DNA of 64,000 nucleotides from Octopus vulgaris (GCA_951406725.2 OX597819.1:126976001-127040000), one strand, 5' to 3'. Counted from the stretch's first letter, positions 38,768-55,290 are shown. Notes: a model not told the origin generated them from the letters alone. Numbers and translations: made by a program.

Positions 38768-39648
38768 ATATCTCGAACAAACTTATAATGTTTCCGTACC
38801 GTCGAAGATATTTTTTTTTCTCTTGTTTCCCATACGATTTAGCGGTCGAAGATGAAATTTTCAGAAGTCAGTTTTTAACCTATGTTTCTGTACAGCAAAA
38901 GTAAACTCAAAAGAAATGTCGGCTGTAAGTGACCAGCAAGATCTATATGCTTTTAAGCCATTTTCAAAATATGTTTGAACACAGCCAAATTTTTCTGGAT
39001 ATTACAAAACACATTATATTATTCATAATTTTCGCTGAGTAAATAGTCTTAAGAACAGAGGAGAATCTTAGTTTCATATCGGCCTTTATTACAAATTGTA
39101 AATTATTAGACTTACCTTTTATTACTAATTATTTCACCGGTGAAATACAAGAAGGTAGCAACATCATATTTGATCACGGCTAAAACTTTAAGGATTTACA
39201 CTAATCTATGGAGCCAATTAAAACTGAAGCTGTTTCATTAAATACAGGTACTAATAATGAGAGGGTCAGTTGTTTGTATTATGTCATCGATGTGTGTTGT
39301 AGATCAATGTAAGGGACACATAGGACTTCATGGCTTCCGTCCATCAACATTGAGAAGATATCATCGTTATGGTATCTTCGCCATTTTAATCAGGCACAAT
39401 TCTGTAAGAGTAACAAGAGCTGAGTTCCGTGAAGACTCCTATCGCCGTCGTCGCCGCCTCCCTCACCTCCATTGTGACAAAAGAATGGATTTGAAAATTG
39501 AGGGATCGAAGAAGCTGACGGTATAGCCATCAATGATATTTTAGTAAAACAGTAGAACCTGAGAAAGCTAGTAATGCTGTGCGTCGGTAAAGAGTTGTAA
39601 GCATACTTAAAACAGTAATATGATTTATGCCGCGAGGAAGAGGAGAAA

Positions 39649-39681
39649 TCTAACGTTTCGGCAGAAGGGCTTCGTTGGAGA
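39649..39681 (-). ncRNA. Degenerate minimal hammerhead (GUU site)
   Basis: TCT-CCAACGA-AGCCC-TTCT-GCC-GAAAC-GTT-AGA; same architecture as 41708-41742. Confidence 0.45.
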
Positions 39682-39760
39682 GAAATGAAATGTTAACTGG
39701 CGTTGACGGGTAAATAAATTAGGATTAGTGTGTGTGTGTGTGTGCGTGTATGAGTGTTTC

Positions 39761-39809
<49 letters not shown>

Positions 39810-40009
39810 GAGAAAGAGGGAGGTAAGGAAGGAGGACAGAGATGTATCAAATATTAGTAAGGGAAGAGAAGAGAGGTAAAGGCAGGGACATGCGATATCG
39901 CCATACAAAACCACGCATACGTATACGCTCACACATGTAATGAGAAAAAATACACAAACACACACATATAAAAAGAGAGAAAGAGAGAGAGAGAAAGAGA
40001 GAGAGAGAA

Positions 40010-40053
<44 letters not shown>

Positions 40054-40244
40054 TGATGCACACGTAAATACAGGCGGCCATGACATAAATATTTGTATAT
40101 ATACAAACCGTACAAGTAAAATATATAGGCACGCACACGCGCCAACGTAGTCCTCTAGATAATGTATAAGCATTTATGTATATAACTACACGCGTCTATC
40201 TGTTTATCTATCTATCCATCCATCTATCTATCTATCTATCTATA

Positions 40245-40304
<60 letters not shown>

Positions 40305-40611
40305 GATTTCTGTGCATACAAACACACATAAACTGGTTAAGCAACCCTATAACACAATGTGTCCAATGCATAACCATTCCAACTTTTTTTCTTCAGATTT
40401 AATGAATATCTTGAGTCACATTTTCAAATGAATACTTTCACTTTTAAAATGGTAAGACATGATTTGAAGGAAAATTGGCAGCTATTTCTAATAGGTCAAG
40501 CGACTTACATAATGGCTCCCTTGTCACTTTCGGTACCTACTTACTACATACAGGACTGAGACAAATTGCAATAATAATTGTTTCTTACATACACCACCAG
40601 CAGCACCAGCA

Positions 40612-41000
40612 GTTGAAGCGCAATGGCCCAATGGTTAGGGCAGCGGACTCGCGGTTTCAATTCCCAGACCGGGCGTTGTGTGTGTTTATTGAGCGAAAAC
40701 ACCTAAAGCTCCACGAGGCTCCGGCAGGGGGTGGTGGCGACCCCTGTTGTACTCTTTCGCCCCAAACTTCTCTCATTATTTCTTCCTGTTTCTTGTCCCC
40801 GACTTCCTACACAATCGCTGAGCCTGGATGCGCATTCATCCCTACGTCGATGCTCTCGGTGTCGGGGGTTGACCTGCTTTCTCTTCTGCGGGTCTTACGA
40901 ATAGCAAAGGACCAAGTTTCGGATTTCTTCCCATCTTACGAGCTCTGGAATGAAGACCGTTCGCTCAACAGCAGCAACAGCAGCAATAATAACAGCAGCA
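40612..41000 (+). mobile_element. SINE family C
   Basis: Homology to the other three copies; flanked by CAG/CAA tracts. Confidence 0.9.
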
Positions 41001-41570
41001 AGATCAGCATAGAAGCAGTTTGGAATCAAAACTAGGTTATAGAATCGGTCTGCCACAAGATTGTTGTAAGATTAATTCTAGAGATCTTGGCAGGTTATTA
41101 ATCCTGTGACAGCGTACGCTCTTTCTCTAAATGTACGTTATTTCTTAAACACAATGCACAATAACCCTGACCCCATCCAGAAGAACCAGCACTAACAAAA
41201 GACAAATAGAAAAATAAAAGAAAACGAAACTATGTATAAAGTTAAATAATCTGAAACACGTCTTAGTAGATTAGTTTAATAAATCTCTTTTAGATAACAA
41301 AGATATTCTTATCGGCAAGTCTGTCACCCTCAAAACAACCGCGAAGAACAGGCAAACGGGCGCTTGTACGGATACACATATACACACAAGCACACACACA
41401 TATACTCAAGCTTATACCCCCATCAACAAATATATAATCATGCATATGGTAAACAAATGAAAATCGTCGAATGATTCTTTCACATCAAAATAATGTGGAC
41501 TCTTTGATAGGTACCCCACAGGCAGCAGACTGTCTAAAATGGCTGAGTGTGTGTGCACGTGCGCACGTTT

Positions 41571-41604
<34 letters not shown>

Positions 41605-41707
41605 GTGTGTGTGTATCTTTTGATGTTTGCGTGCGCGCGTCTGAGTGTATATAAATATATATATATGTGACCGCGTGTGTATCTTTGGCGATCTTTCCTT
41701 TTCCTAT

Positions 41708-41742
41708 GTTTCTGGCGAAGAGCTCCGCTCGAAACGTTAAAC
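41708..41742 (+). ncRNA. Minimal type I hammerhead (A6G, GUU site) in a ~160-bp island ending in (TA)n
   Basis: GTTT-CTGGCGA-AGAGC-TCC-GCTC-GAAAC-GTT-AAAC; stem I GTTT/AAAC. Confidence 0.7.
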
Positions 41743-41901
41743 CCTCCTTCTTCCCTTCCTTCCTGAGCGTCCAATAATACTATATTTGTTCCACGTCCTC
41801 GCGTTGTGTTTTCTCTTTGTGTTTTCATGTTTAGATTAACTTTGTATATATATATATATATATATATATGTAAATTTACAAGTATCTGTCTGTCTGTCTG
41901 A

Positions 41902-42180
<279 letters not shown>

Positions 42181-42581
42181 TTCCAAGAAGTCAATAGTCA
42201 AATTTGTGGTTGGCTTTGAACATCTACACACTTCAGGCCATTTCGAATAGCTATCTACCACGATGATATAATAAGAGCCATTTATTGGCCTGTAAAATCC
42301 ACATGCAGACTAGGCCAATCTCAATCCGTTTTGGGCCACGGCTGTTTCTGCACTGGAGGCGCCTTTGCTGTCATAGTGCAACCCTTACATTGTTTTTACC
42401 AGTCTCTGGATTTCTTTGTCTATATTTGGCCAATGCACGTAACACCACATGAGACTTTTCATCCGGGCAATCCCCGAATATCCTACATGGAAGTCTTTCA
42501 ATATTCTGTTTTGCAATGCTTCAGGTATTACCTACCTTTGTGCATATAATAAAACATCATCACATACTGAATAATGCATTG

Positions 42582-42994
42582 CGTTCTCAAAGTCCATCCC
42601 CTCCTCACCGTAGTGGGGATGCTGGCAACGGGTAGTGTCAGAGCTATGCCGTCGGGAACTTCGGTTCCTGGTAGGGCCACCCAAGGCGGATTGGTCTGAC
42701 ACCGAGTGGTATTAGGGCCACAACCCGGCAGACGGGGCTTTGGTGAAAATCTTCGGAGTGTCTGTTTCGGCAACCGGCGGCTCCTCGGTCGTACTGTCCC
42801 TGCGTCTGCGGACAATCTGCGGCAAACAGGATGTCTCTACATGTGGAATTGTTGGGGACCGCTTTGTCAAAACCACATATTCCCACGAAACCTCTTCCAA
42901 GAATTCTCAATGGCGAATACAATGCCTCGAGGGTGGTGGAGGAAGCCAACTCAACCCGCCCAGGGTGAATGTCGCCACAAGTACAAGTAAGTAA
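42582..42994 (+). mobile_element. Non-coding bipartite RTE-derived retroelement, 413 bp
   Basis: 13-bp TSD GAATAATGCATTG at 42569-81 and 42995-43007; RTE/BovB 5'-UTR-like GAGCTATGCCG...TAGGGCCACCCAAGGCGG; (AAGT)n tail. Confidence 0.8.
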
Positions 42995-44548
42995 GAATAA
43001 TGCATTGAACCTACGTTCCGCTCATGTTTTTCGTATTACTTTCCAACAGTATTTTTTTAGCTTGTTTATGAACTATCATTTCTGATTTTAAGTTAATTCC
43101 TTCTAGCGTTTCCGGCAGATCACGCACTACATGGCACAAAATTTTCTTCAGTTCCATTTCTAGTTTTTAGGATGCAATCACAGTGTCTCCAAAAAGTTCT
43201 TTATATTTTGGAATTAGCCTAGAGAACCCGTCTGCGGACCCATTTTCTTTGATGGCAAAAACTCCATCTGAACATTATACTTCACCGGGGTAGTCCCCCC
43301 AGCACTGTAAACGGTTTGCTGAATACGTGGGGATACCCTTTTTCGAACCGAAAATAGACAGTAACGGTCGGTGATCAGTCTGCAGTTTAGACTTCCTAAC
43401 GTGTAGAAATTTATGGAATTTCTTTACTACGAAAATTAATGATAAAGCCTCTGTTACGATCTGGCTGTATTTTTTTTATCTGTTACTAGAAGTCTTGATG
43501 CATGTGCAATAGCATTGAGCTTACCATCATTAAATTTATGCAATTTCACCGCTCCTATTCCATATTCACTGGCATCCGATGCCACAATTATTTTCAGGTT
43601 TGGGTAGAAATAAGTTAATGATAACTCTGATTTTAACCTCTTTTAATTTCTCGAATGTTTTCTGGCATTCGTCTGTCCAATCTCATTTCGTGTCTTTCTT
43701 TAATTAATTATTCAACAGAGTTCTTAGCTCATACATTTTAGGTATGTACAACTGGTAATAACTTACCAGACCTAAAAATGCTTGTAATGTTGTTTTGTTA
43801 GCGGGAGTAGGCATATTTTTTATCGCGTCAACGCCAGAAGGTTCCGGTTTTCGTCCGTTTTCATCGATCACCTGTCCCAAGTACTTCATTTGTGTTTTTA
43901 AAAATTCACATTTATTTGCACTTACTTTAAATCTATAGTCACTTATTCTTTTAAAAACAGTTTTCACATGTTCCATATGCTAGTCCCTCGATTCGCTTTT
44001 AATCAATATGTCATCTAAGTATAGGATCGCAAACTTACAGTTTGCATAGATACATAGTATCCATCCCTTGCTGAAATATTGCTGGTGCGACCTAAACCCC
44101 AAATGGCAGTCGTTTGAAATGGTACAGACCTTTATGAGCATTAATTATTAATACTTTAGCACATTCCTCATCTACCGGTAATTGGGGGCCTACCTCTAAT
44201 TACTGGTATCTAATTACTGCTAGGCCTCCAATTACTGGTATCAATTACCGGTATCTAATTGCATTTTGTTCTGAAAGCCATTTATTTTCACCGACACCAA
44301 ATTTTCGGTTTTCTATGGTATAATTTACTTTTGTTGAGCAGACTTTCTTCGGTTTCTCATTTATTACCTTTTTCTTCAACAAGCATTTTGACTGTCTCTG
44401 CCCAATTTTACAGCACTTAAATTTTTTACCTATCTTTAAAGGGGCAATCTTTCTAAAAATGTAGGTCTCCGCAACCATAGCTCGGTTTTGGATTTATCTG
44501 TCTTTTTTTTCTGTCAATACTTTTTTACACGTTCGAACATCATCATCA

Positions 44549-44618
<70 letters not shown>

Positions 44619-44656
44619 CATCATCATCATCATCATCATCATTATTATTATTATTT

Positions 44657-45209
44657 TTGAGTGAGAGAGCAGTGCATGCCATCAAAGTGACATTGGGGTA
44701 AAATATACGAAGCCTAGTATACCCATTATGACTACCCGTCTGATAAGGGTACACTAGGCACATGCATCACACCCATATGTGCGCGACATGGTGATCTCAT
44801 TATCAAGATAAACAACACATGACCTTGAAGGTGGAGCCAATTAGAATTTTCTTCTGGTCGAGTAACTCATCGCGCTCAAAAGGTCCCTGAATAAGGGTTG
44901 TTTGAGGGTGTTGAACGGACCACCCATATTTCCAAAGGTGAATTATCCAAATCTCCAAGAATTCCTTTCAACACATGATGCTTCCCCACTATTTCTGCTC
45001 ATGATCAGAGATGCACATATCTTCAGCCACTAAGGGACATACTCAACTGGTTAAGGTCAAACAACTGACAAGCAAATCTGTGGTACTGAGCAGAATATTT
45101 GTTGTAGCCCATCTTTTATACCAAGGCAAAACAATGTACATGATAACACTTCCAATCGGTTAAGATCAGAAGCCACGAGAGCCACTGCCTGGTACTGCAT
45201 CAGGGCATC
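44657..45209 (-). mobile_element. Family D ~550-bp non-coding element embedded in (TAA)n/(TGA)n
   Basis: 5' part matches 15559-15755, 3' part matches 23069-23187; (TAA)n on both sides. Confidence 0.85.
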
Positions 45210-45317
<108 letters not shown>

Positions 45318-45924
45318 CTTCTATGTTTCTTGTATCTTCTCTAAGGTTTATTATTTGTTGGCATTCCTCTGCAAGATTAGTTCAAGATCTTGATTCAACT
45401 TTGATAATATTCTTTTCCTAATTTCCGCATCTTCCATTGCCACAAGCCCTTTAACGAATATTAGGTACTTGAACATATCTGGCGTAAATTCTCCAAGCTT
45501 AAACATTTCACAAGCCTTATTAACATTACCGGCATATGTTACAATGTTGTCGGACTCATTCTCCTTTAAATTTAAACATTCCTACCGAATGTTAAACGGA
45601 GAATTTTTTTCGCTAAAAATATTAGCCAAAATATTTATCGTTTTATCAAAACACAATTCCGCGGGATTTCTCGGCAAAATAAATTTACAAAATCTTTCGT
45701 GTTCCGGTGGGGCAAGTTATCGCAAAAGGAGCCTTATCTTCCTTTCACTAGACCACCCCTTACATTCCTCTTTGAATATGTCTTCGTATTATCTATAATA
45801 CGCAGTCAAGGTAGTTCCTTCATCCTGGTTTGCACTGAAATTCTTCGATGGAATTTGCAACACTGTTCGCTGAAAATGATTCTGTCGTATTTCTGGACTG
45901 CAGTAACAACTCTGTTAACTTCTG

Positions 45925-46332
45925 TAGTTGTTGCTGCTGCTGCTGTTGAGCTGCTGTTGCTGTTGAGCGAAGCGGTCTTCGTCCCAGAGCTCGCAAGATG
46001 GGAGAAGTCTGAAACGTGGTCTTTTGCTATTCGTAAGACCCGCAGAAGAGGAAGCAGGTCAACCCCCGACACCAAGAGCATCGACGGATGGATGAATGCG
46101 CATCCAGGCTCAGCGGTTGCGTAGGAAGTCGGGGACAAGAAACAGGAAGAAAAAGTGGGAGAAAGTTGGAGCGAAAGAGTACAGCAGGGGTCACCACCAC
46201 CCCCTGACAGAGCCTCCTGGAGTTTTAGGTGTTTCGCTGAATAAACACACACAACGCCCGATCTGGGAATCGAAACCGCGATCCTCCGACCGCGAGTCCG
46301 CTGCCCTAACCACTGGGTCATTGCGCCTCCAC
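45925..46332 (-). mobile_element. SINE family C, full length, inserted in the CAG tract of Gypsy gag
   Basis: Box A TGACCCAGTGG, box B GTTTCGATTCC; (CAG/CAA)n tail. Confidence 0.92.
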
Positions 46333-46466
46333 TGCTGCTGCTGCTACTGTTCTTCATGTTTTACGACTGCTTTCAGTAACTCTTTCGTTTCGGTGCTATT
46401 TTCAGTTTCCTCTGTACTGTTCGAGCCGCACGACGCCACTGCTATATCAATGGCAATATTGTCCGA

Positions 46467-46479
46467 ATCTTCGTCGCCA
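46467..46479 (-). promoter_or_regulatory. Primer-binding site, probably tRNA-Ser(GCT)
   Basis: TGGCGACGAAGAT one base after the LTR end; close to the complement of the eukaryotic tRNA-Ser(GCT) 3' end ATCCTCGTCGCCA (from recall). Confidence 0.75.
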
Positions 46480-46480
46480 A

Positions 46481-46664
46481 TGTTGTATCGCACGTTCGAC
46501 GTTCTATATATATATACAATACTTGTAATTATACTTGACAATAGGCCACTCTCAGTTTTACACAGTTCAACAACGTTCTCTACATTCTCTGCGCATGTCC
46601 ATTTATACTGTGGCACAGTCCATTACGAGCCAACCGAATAGGGGTGCTCTACTTCCACACAACA
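46481..46664 (-). repeat. 184-bp 5' LTR
   Basis: TGTTGT...ACAACA termini, internal TATAAA, adjacent PBS. Confidence 0.85.
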
Positions 46665-48222
<1,558 letters not shown>

Positions 48223-48225
48223 CCT

Positions 48226-48263
<38 letters not shown>

Positions 48264-48368
48264 TTGATAAAAACGGTAAGACAACAAAAAAAGAAAGAGA
48301 CCTCGATATTATGTAAATAAAGGAATTTATCTGTAAATATAATATGTGACAATTATTCAGTAGCCATG

Positions 48369-48427
48369 ATAAAACTCCGAGTTTTGGGTGTCGAGGCGGA
48401 AACCCACGCCGGCATCTCTCCAGTTAT
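48369..48427 (-). ncRNA. Degenerate type I hammerhead fold
   Basis: ATAA-CTGGAGA-[GC-rich stem II]-AAAAC-TCGGA-GTT-TTAT; stem I ATAA/TTAT; A6G and G12A. Confidence 0.55.
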
Positions 48428-48612
48428 AGCGCCATCAAAACGCATTTATATACAAACACATATATATGCCGAAATATTCATACAATGTATTAAGCTGTGT
48501 TTGTATATATATGATATATACATATACTTATATATATACATATATTCTTACATGCATATATATATATTTTTTTTTTACATATATACTTAGATGCGTGTAT
48601 ATATATTCATAC

Positions 48613-48670
<58 letters not shown>

Positions 48671-49227
48671 GTACACACACACGTATATAATATTTATCTA
48701 TGTATTTATATGTATAGGGATAGAATTCCATACATGAATACTTTTATAGTTTCCCAGATTTATAGAGATGCTGTTTCAAAAAGGGTTAAACCATAGTATT
48801 TCCATCTACTTATTTTGCTTCTCTTTTTCCTCCCGTCACTTTTTCTTCTTTCCTCGTCTTTCTTTTCTTTTCTTTTCTTTCTTTTTTCCCTTTTTTTTTT
48901 TTTTTTGATATTCATGTCGTTTTTCAAAATTTACCCTTTTTCTCTTTCTAACTTTATCTTGACTAACTCTAAAATACAGTTGAGGTTAATGAAGTGCCGA
49001 AGCTTTTAGGAATGTGTACTGCCAACGTCAAACATTTTCATTGACAATTTTTTTTCTCAATTGATACCCCGCTGAGAGAAATCTTTGATGTCTTGAGTTT
49101 AGGATTTTCTGGAAATATTTTCACATAAAAGACAGCCAAGGAAGCAATAAATGAATAAATAGATAAATAACTGAATAAATGAATAAAGTGAAAACCCGCG
49201 CGCGCACAGACGTGCGCACATACATGT

Positions 49228-50800
<1,573 letters not shown>

Positions 50801-51849
50801 GGAAAGATATGAAAATTTCTGAAGAGTGGATCATTTGGCTGGTCTCTTTATGAATAACACGGCTGGCTGTAGGAACTGATAGATGTGGAAATTGTGAGAG
50901 AGGAATACAAAATAATGGAGGAAAGCTTTTTAAAAGGAAATAAATCTTGTTTTATGAAACATTGAAATATATATTTATTGTCGACAGAAATGAGTCTGTA
51001 GCCATAGATATATTTATAACATTGAGCAGAAATAAAACACAGAGAAAGAGAAAGAAGACAAGTAGCTTTGATTGGTGACTGGCATACTAATGAATATTTT
51101 TCTTAGGTAAAAAAAGAGGAATGAGGCCAGGGTGCACCCTTGACCCACTACTTTTACATTTTTTTTTCTTTCTTACACTTTGAGAATTGTGGAAGAATAT
51201 TATTCTCAGTCCGGAAAACTGTCGTTCCGTATGCCAGCATCAAGTGAACTCTGCAAAAGGTTGCCTAGGACGATTTGCTGGCGTTATTACTGGTCTTCTC
51301 ATGAAATGTTAGAGTTTTTCTCAGTCGATTCTGATGGAGCAAATTATGATGGAAGGCATTTCACCGTTTTTTTTTGTTTTTTTTGGTGAATGCTTCATTT
51401 ATTAGTTTTTGGGTGACAGAACTGGTTAACAGCATTAATTGTCACTTGGTTGCCTATAGTTCAGTTAAGACTATATTATCTGCTGTATTTCACGGCGTAT
51501 AATGCTCATACATGTTTAATGTGATCTCAACGTTTTTCTTCAATTTTTTCTTGCAAAAATGAAACCCAAAGATATCAAAACTAAACGCATAAACATTTCA
51601 AATCACCCTTATTTGAGGTGATGTTACTACATACTTATATTAGTGTATGAGAAAGGAAAACAAGAATAAAGTGGTTTAAAACTTTTTGGGAAGAAAATTA
51701 TAAGCTTCATAGTTTCGAACAAAACATTATCATAACAGAAAGGAACTCATTTGAAAAGATCATAAAACGTAAATTCCCATTAAGCCGTGCTCTTTTCTAT
51801 AAACTTAGAAAATTCTTTGATATTTTTAGATTCTCGGAAGCCTTCACTA

Positions 51850-52330
51850 CGCTCAGAATCATATTCGTCGAGAAGGTCATTTTAAATGAAGTCTATATCG
51901 TTGCCTAAATTGTTAATAATGCCACATTTCTTGAAATTTTTTATTATAACTTCTTTGAACAGACTCCCAAGATTTCTTCACCCTCTCACAGAGGAGTGCA
52001 ATTCTGGGTTACTTCACTTGGCCGTTTGGTACTCTATAGAACTTTGTAGACTCTTGACGCATGAAACCTTTGAAGAGTTTGTTGATCGAAAAATTGCAAC
52101 TGTATCTTCCATCATTCTCTTCACTCAACCTGGTGTCAAGTGCCGAGGTACCCGCTTTGCACAAGGTTTCCCAGAACCAAATTCCTAAGTGTTCTGCAAT
52201 GCATTATAATTACAGTCCATTTGTGCAGCAAGCTCATGGATTGTAATTCGTGGATTGTTCATGCAACCACTTGTTGGAGGTTCGTGTCAGTCGTTGAAGG
52301 CGATGTAATCTGATTTTGGCACGGGTTTTC
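51850..52330 (-). pseudogene. Old mariner transposase fragment
   Basis: NNPRITIHELAAQM and CAKRVPRHLT (WVPxxL motif) on the minus strand. Confidence 0.55.
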
Positions 52331-53574
52331 TGTTTTGATATTTCAGTCATCTGAGCACATTACTCTTTTTGGTGGCATCATCTCAACAAACGAGTACCCT
52401 TCAGTAGATGTCACAAAACCTGCACTCCTTCATCGCCAGGAATTCACACACCCTAAAACGCTAAAACACACACATACACACATACACTCTCATTGACACA
52501 CACTCAAGCAAACAAACTCATACACACACATATATACACATATATACAGACATACCATCCACCCTCACAATCTTCCAATCCCTCAAATATGTGTGTGTAT
52601 GTGTGTGTGCGTGCGCGCGCGTGGTGTGTGTGGATGTGTGTGGGTGTGTATATAACGGCGAAATATACGTATGTGCATCAGCGGGGAAACTGTCGATAAT
52701 CCAGGTCGACGAAAGAAGGTGCGTTGTTTATCTCTTCCGCCCGATTTGCAAGAACACTACTTTGTCTCTCCACTCTCTGTCTCTCTGTCTTTGTCTATTT
52801 GTCTGTCTGTCACTCTCTCTCTCTCCGTCACTCTCTCACACACTCTACAATAACTGCAATAAATTCAACCTAGCGACTGGCTCCTTGGAAATCTATAAAC
52901 CATCGGCATTATTGATCAGAAAATGAACGATATAAAACTGGAAACTGTCGACATTTGATCCAGTAGTGTATCCCTGCACCCACACGCTAATTGAGAGAGG
53001 GAGAGAGAGAGAGAGGGAGAGAGAGGGAGGGGGAGAGGAGAGGGAGAGAGAGAGAGGGGGAGAGAGATAGAGAGAGAGAGCGTGAGACAGACAGGCAGAC
53101 AGACAGAGATTGAAATTATATGGTGTTAGACTAATATAAGTATCTAACATGAAAAATGCCTGTAGCTTACTATAACAATGGGCAATCACATTTAATCAAT
53201 GAATGAATTAATCAATGAATTAATCAATCATTCAATGAATCAATCTGAATCGGTATTGCCTTCCCATTGCTGCTAAATGCTTTCCTCGTATTTCTAAACA
53301 ACGTTTGGTCTTAGGTAACAGATCTCCGGTACTTCTATGGAATCTAATTGCTCATTATCATACTCACTTTCTTTTACAGACGATCGGAAATCGTTGCTTT
53401 TTCTAATCACGTGAAGCTATGATCTCAAACGCTCAAATCGTAATTTTATTGTCATCTTTTCGGGCTTACTACATGTAAAAGTACATTAGCTAATGTTTAA
53501 TTACCTTTTTGAAAAACAGTAGAGTGTGATATTAAGAGGATTTGGCTGATGTTTCTAGCAGATTGAATGACTAC

Positions 53575-53990
53575 AGAGAGACACCTTGAAACAGGTGGCA
53601 TAGACTTGCTTCGGATCGTGCTGGATGGCGAGCAAAAGTGTGGAGTGAAAGAGAAATTGAAAGAAGAATGTTGCGGTCGAGAAGGTGAAACTTAGTGAAC
53701 TTTTTGTGGGCACAGTTTCTAACAGATCATGTCTTTCTTTTGCTGGGCTCAAATCTCATTTGCAGACCCATGAAAAACGAATCTCTGCCAACTATTCTGC
53801 CTGTATATCTATGCACATCTTTCAATGCTGCGTATGAAAATAAGATCCACAATTCTAACAGAGGCCTCAAAAGACATTTTAAGATATACAAAGATCAGAA
53901 CTTAACAGCTGCTCATGGTGATCCAAATCAGATATGCAAGAAAATATTCGGGCTAGTCAAGTCTTGGAAACGTGAAGACCATTCACAGTA
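53575..53990 (+). pseudogene. Old RTE 3' end with C2H2 zinc-finger remnants
   Basis: WHRLASDRAGWRAKV, FAGLKSHLQTH, NRGLKRHFKI. Confidence 0.55.
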
Positions 53991-53994
53991 GACC

Positions 53995-54503
53995 TCACAC
54001 ATGGTTCCTGCAAGATGGGGCAACTGCTCAAACCGCAAGAGAAACAATGCTGTTAATATGTTAGTGCTTTGGAATCTGAATAATCTCCCGCTACGGCAAT
54101 GTCAACTGGGCTTCACGTTCCCTAGATTTGACCAGCCTAATTTTTTTTTTCTGTGGGGATACCTGAAAGAGAGGATATACATCAACAAACCAGAGACCCT
54201 GGTGCAACTGATGGAGAACATCAATAGAGAAATCAGAGAAGTGGGGTCTGAAACTCTTGAGGGTGTTATGGTGCAAGTTTTGAAAAGAGCACGGGTTGTG
54301 CAAAGCCCAAAATGGTTGCCTTTTAAGCGAAGTCATTTGTCATATGTGATGTAGTGGTGTCATATGTGATGTCGTGGTATTTAATTTGTGCATATTAATT
54401 TTCATTATGACCTTTATATTGTATCAAAATTTCATGCATTTATTTGTAAAGTCAAGGACATTATTAAAAACTAAAGCCCATCAGTGATTCTTGGGACATC
54501 CTA
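53995..54503 (+). mobile_element. Tc1/mariner-superfamily 3' fragment with TIR
   Basis: DLT.P..FFLWGYLKERIYINKPETLVQL; ends TGGGACATCCT-ATA (CAGGGTGTCCCA-type TIR). Confidence 0.8.
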
Positions 54504-54709
54504 TATATATATATATACACACACACATACATACATATATATATATATATAATATTGCTTGATAAATTTGTTCGTAAATCTTGTACCGGCATCCTCTCTG
54601 TTCGCCGGGAATGGTTTGCGTCTGCGCAGAGGTTTGAAAAGTTAGGATATACAAACCGTTAGATCTACTCGTGCTTCTAACAGTATGTGCGTCTAGGATT
54701 ACGAAGGCT

Positions 54710-54784
54710 TCCCACTGAAGAACCTGGCCTGGCAAACATATTCTGTGTGTTTGCTAAAAATAAGAGAAACCGTTCGGTCTGGGA
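54710..54784 (+). ncRNA. Type I hammerhead with intact core and GUC site, in a ~430-bp island between (TA)n tracts
   Basis: TCCCA-CTGAAGA-ACCTGGCC-[TGGCAAACATA/TGTGTTTGCTA]-AAAATAAGA-GAAAC-CGTTCG-GTC-TGGGA. Confidence 0.8.
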
Positions 54785-55048
54785 TATAGCTGAGATGGTA
54801 AATGTTTTTAATTTTCATTCCTTTCATGAATTTATCCCCTTTTCGTGTTTCTAGCACTACGCTTCCTTTTTGGAAGCCTTTTATTATATTTCTATACGAA
54901 AAATATATAATCTAATGACTAACTCGTCTTTTGTGCTAGGCCACTGGTAATAATAATTTATTTTATTACCCTATTTGATTATGTTTATATACATATATAT
55001 ATATATATATATACACATACATATATATATATATATATACATATATAT

Positions 55049-55107
<59 letters not shown>

Positions 55108-55112
<5 letters not shown>

Positions 55113-55290
55113 AGAGTTTACGAAAAAACAAAAGACGAAGACAGGTGGTGTACAAAACAAACAGATGTATTAGTATAACGCTCAGGAATAGAAAAAGTAT
55201 TTTACGTTTCGAGCCTACGCTCTTCTACAGAAAGGGACACAGAAAAAATAAGGAGAGAAAAAAATGTGTGTAGTGGCTAATGATCTATCA
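55108..55290 (-). mobile_element. Solo PLE pLTR with minimal hammerhead at 55199-55234
   Basis: Near-identical to 37067-37258; CTTT-CTGTAGA-AGAGC-GTAG-GCTC-GAAAC-GTA-AAAT. Confidence 0.85.

Noticed and set aside
45150-45209. HDV-like ribozyme at the 5' end of family D
   Set aside because: An L3-like TCTCGTG is present but P1 and P2 could not be paired.
46260-46332. tRNA gene
   Set aside because: It is the tRNA-derived head of SINE family C, continuous with the SINE body and lacking a proper acceptor stem.
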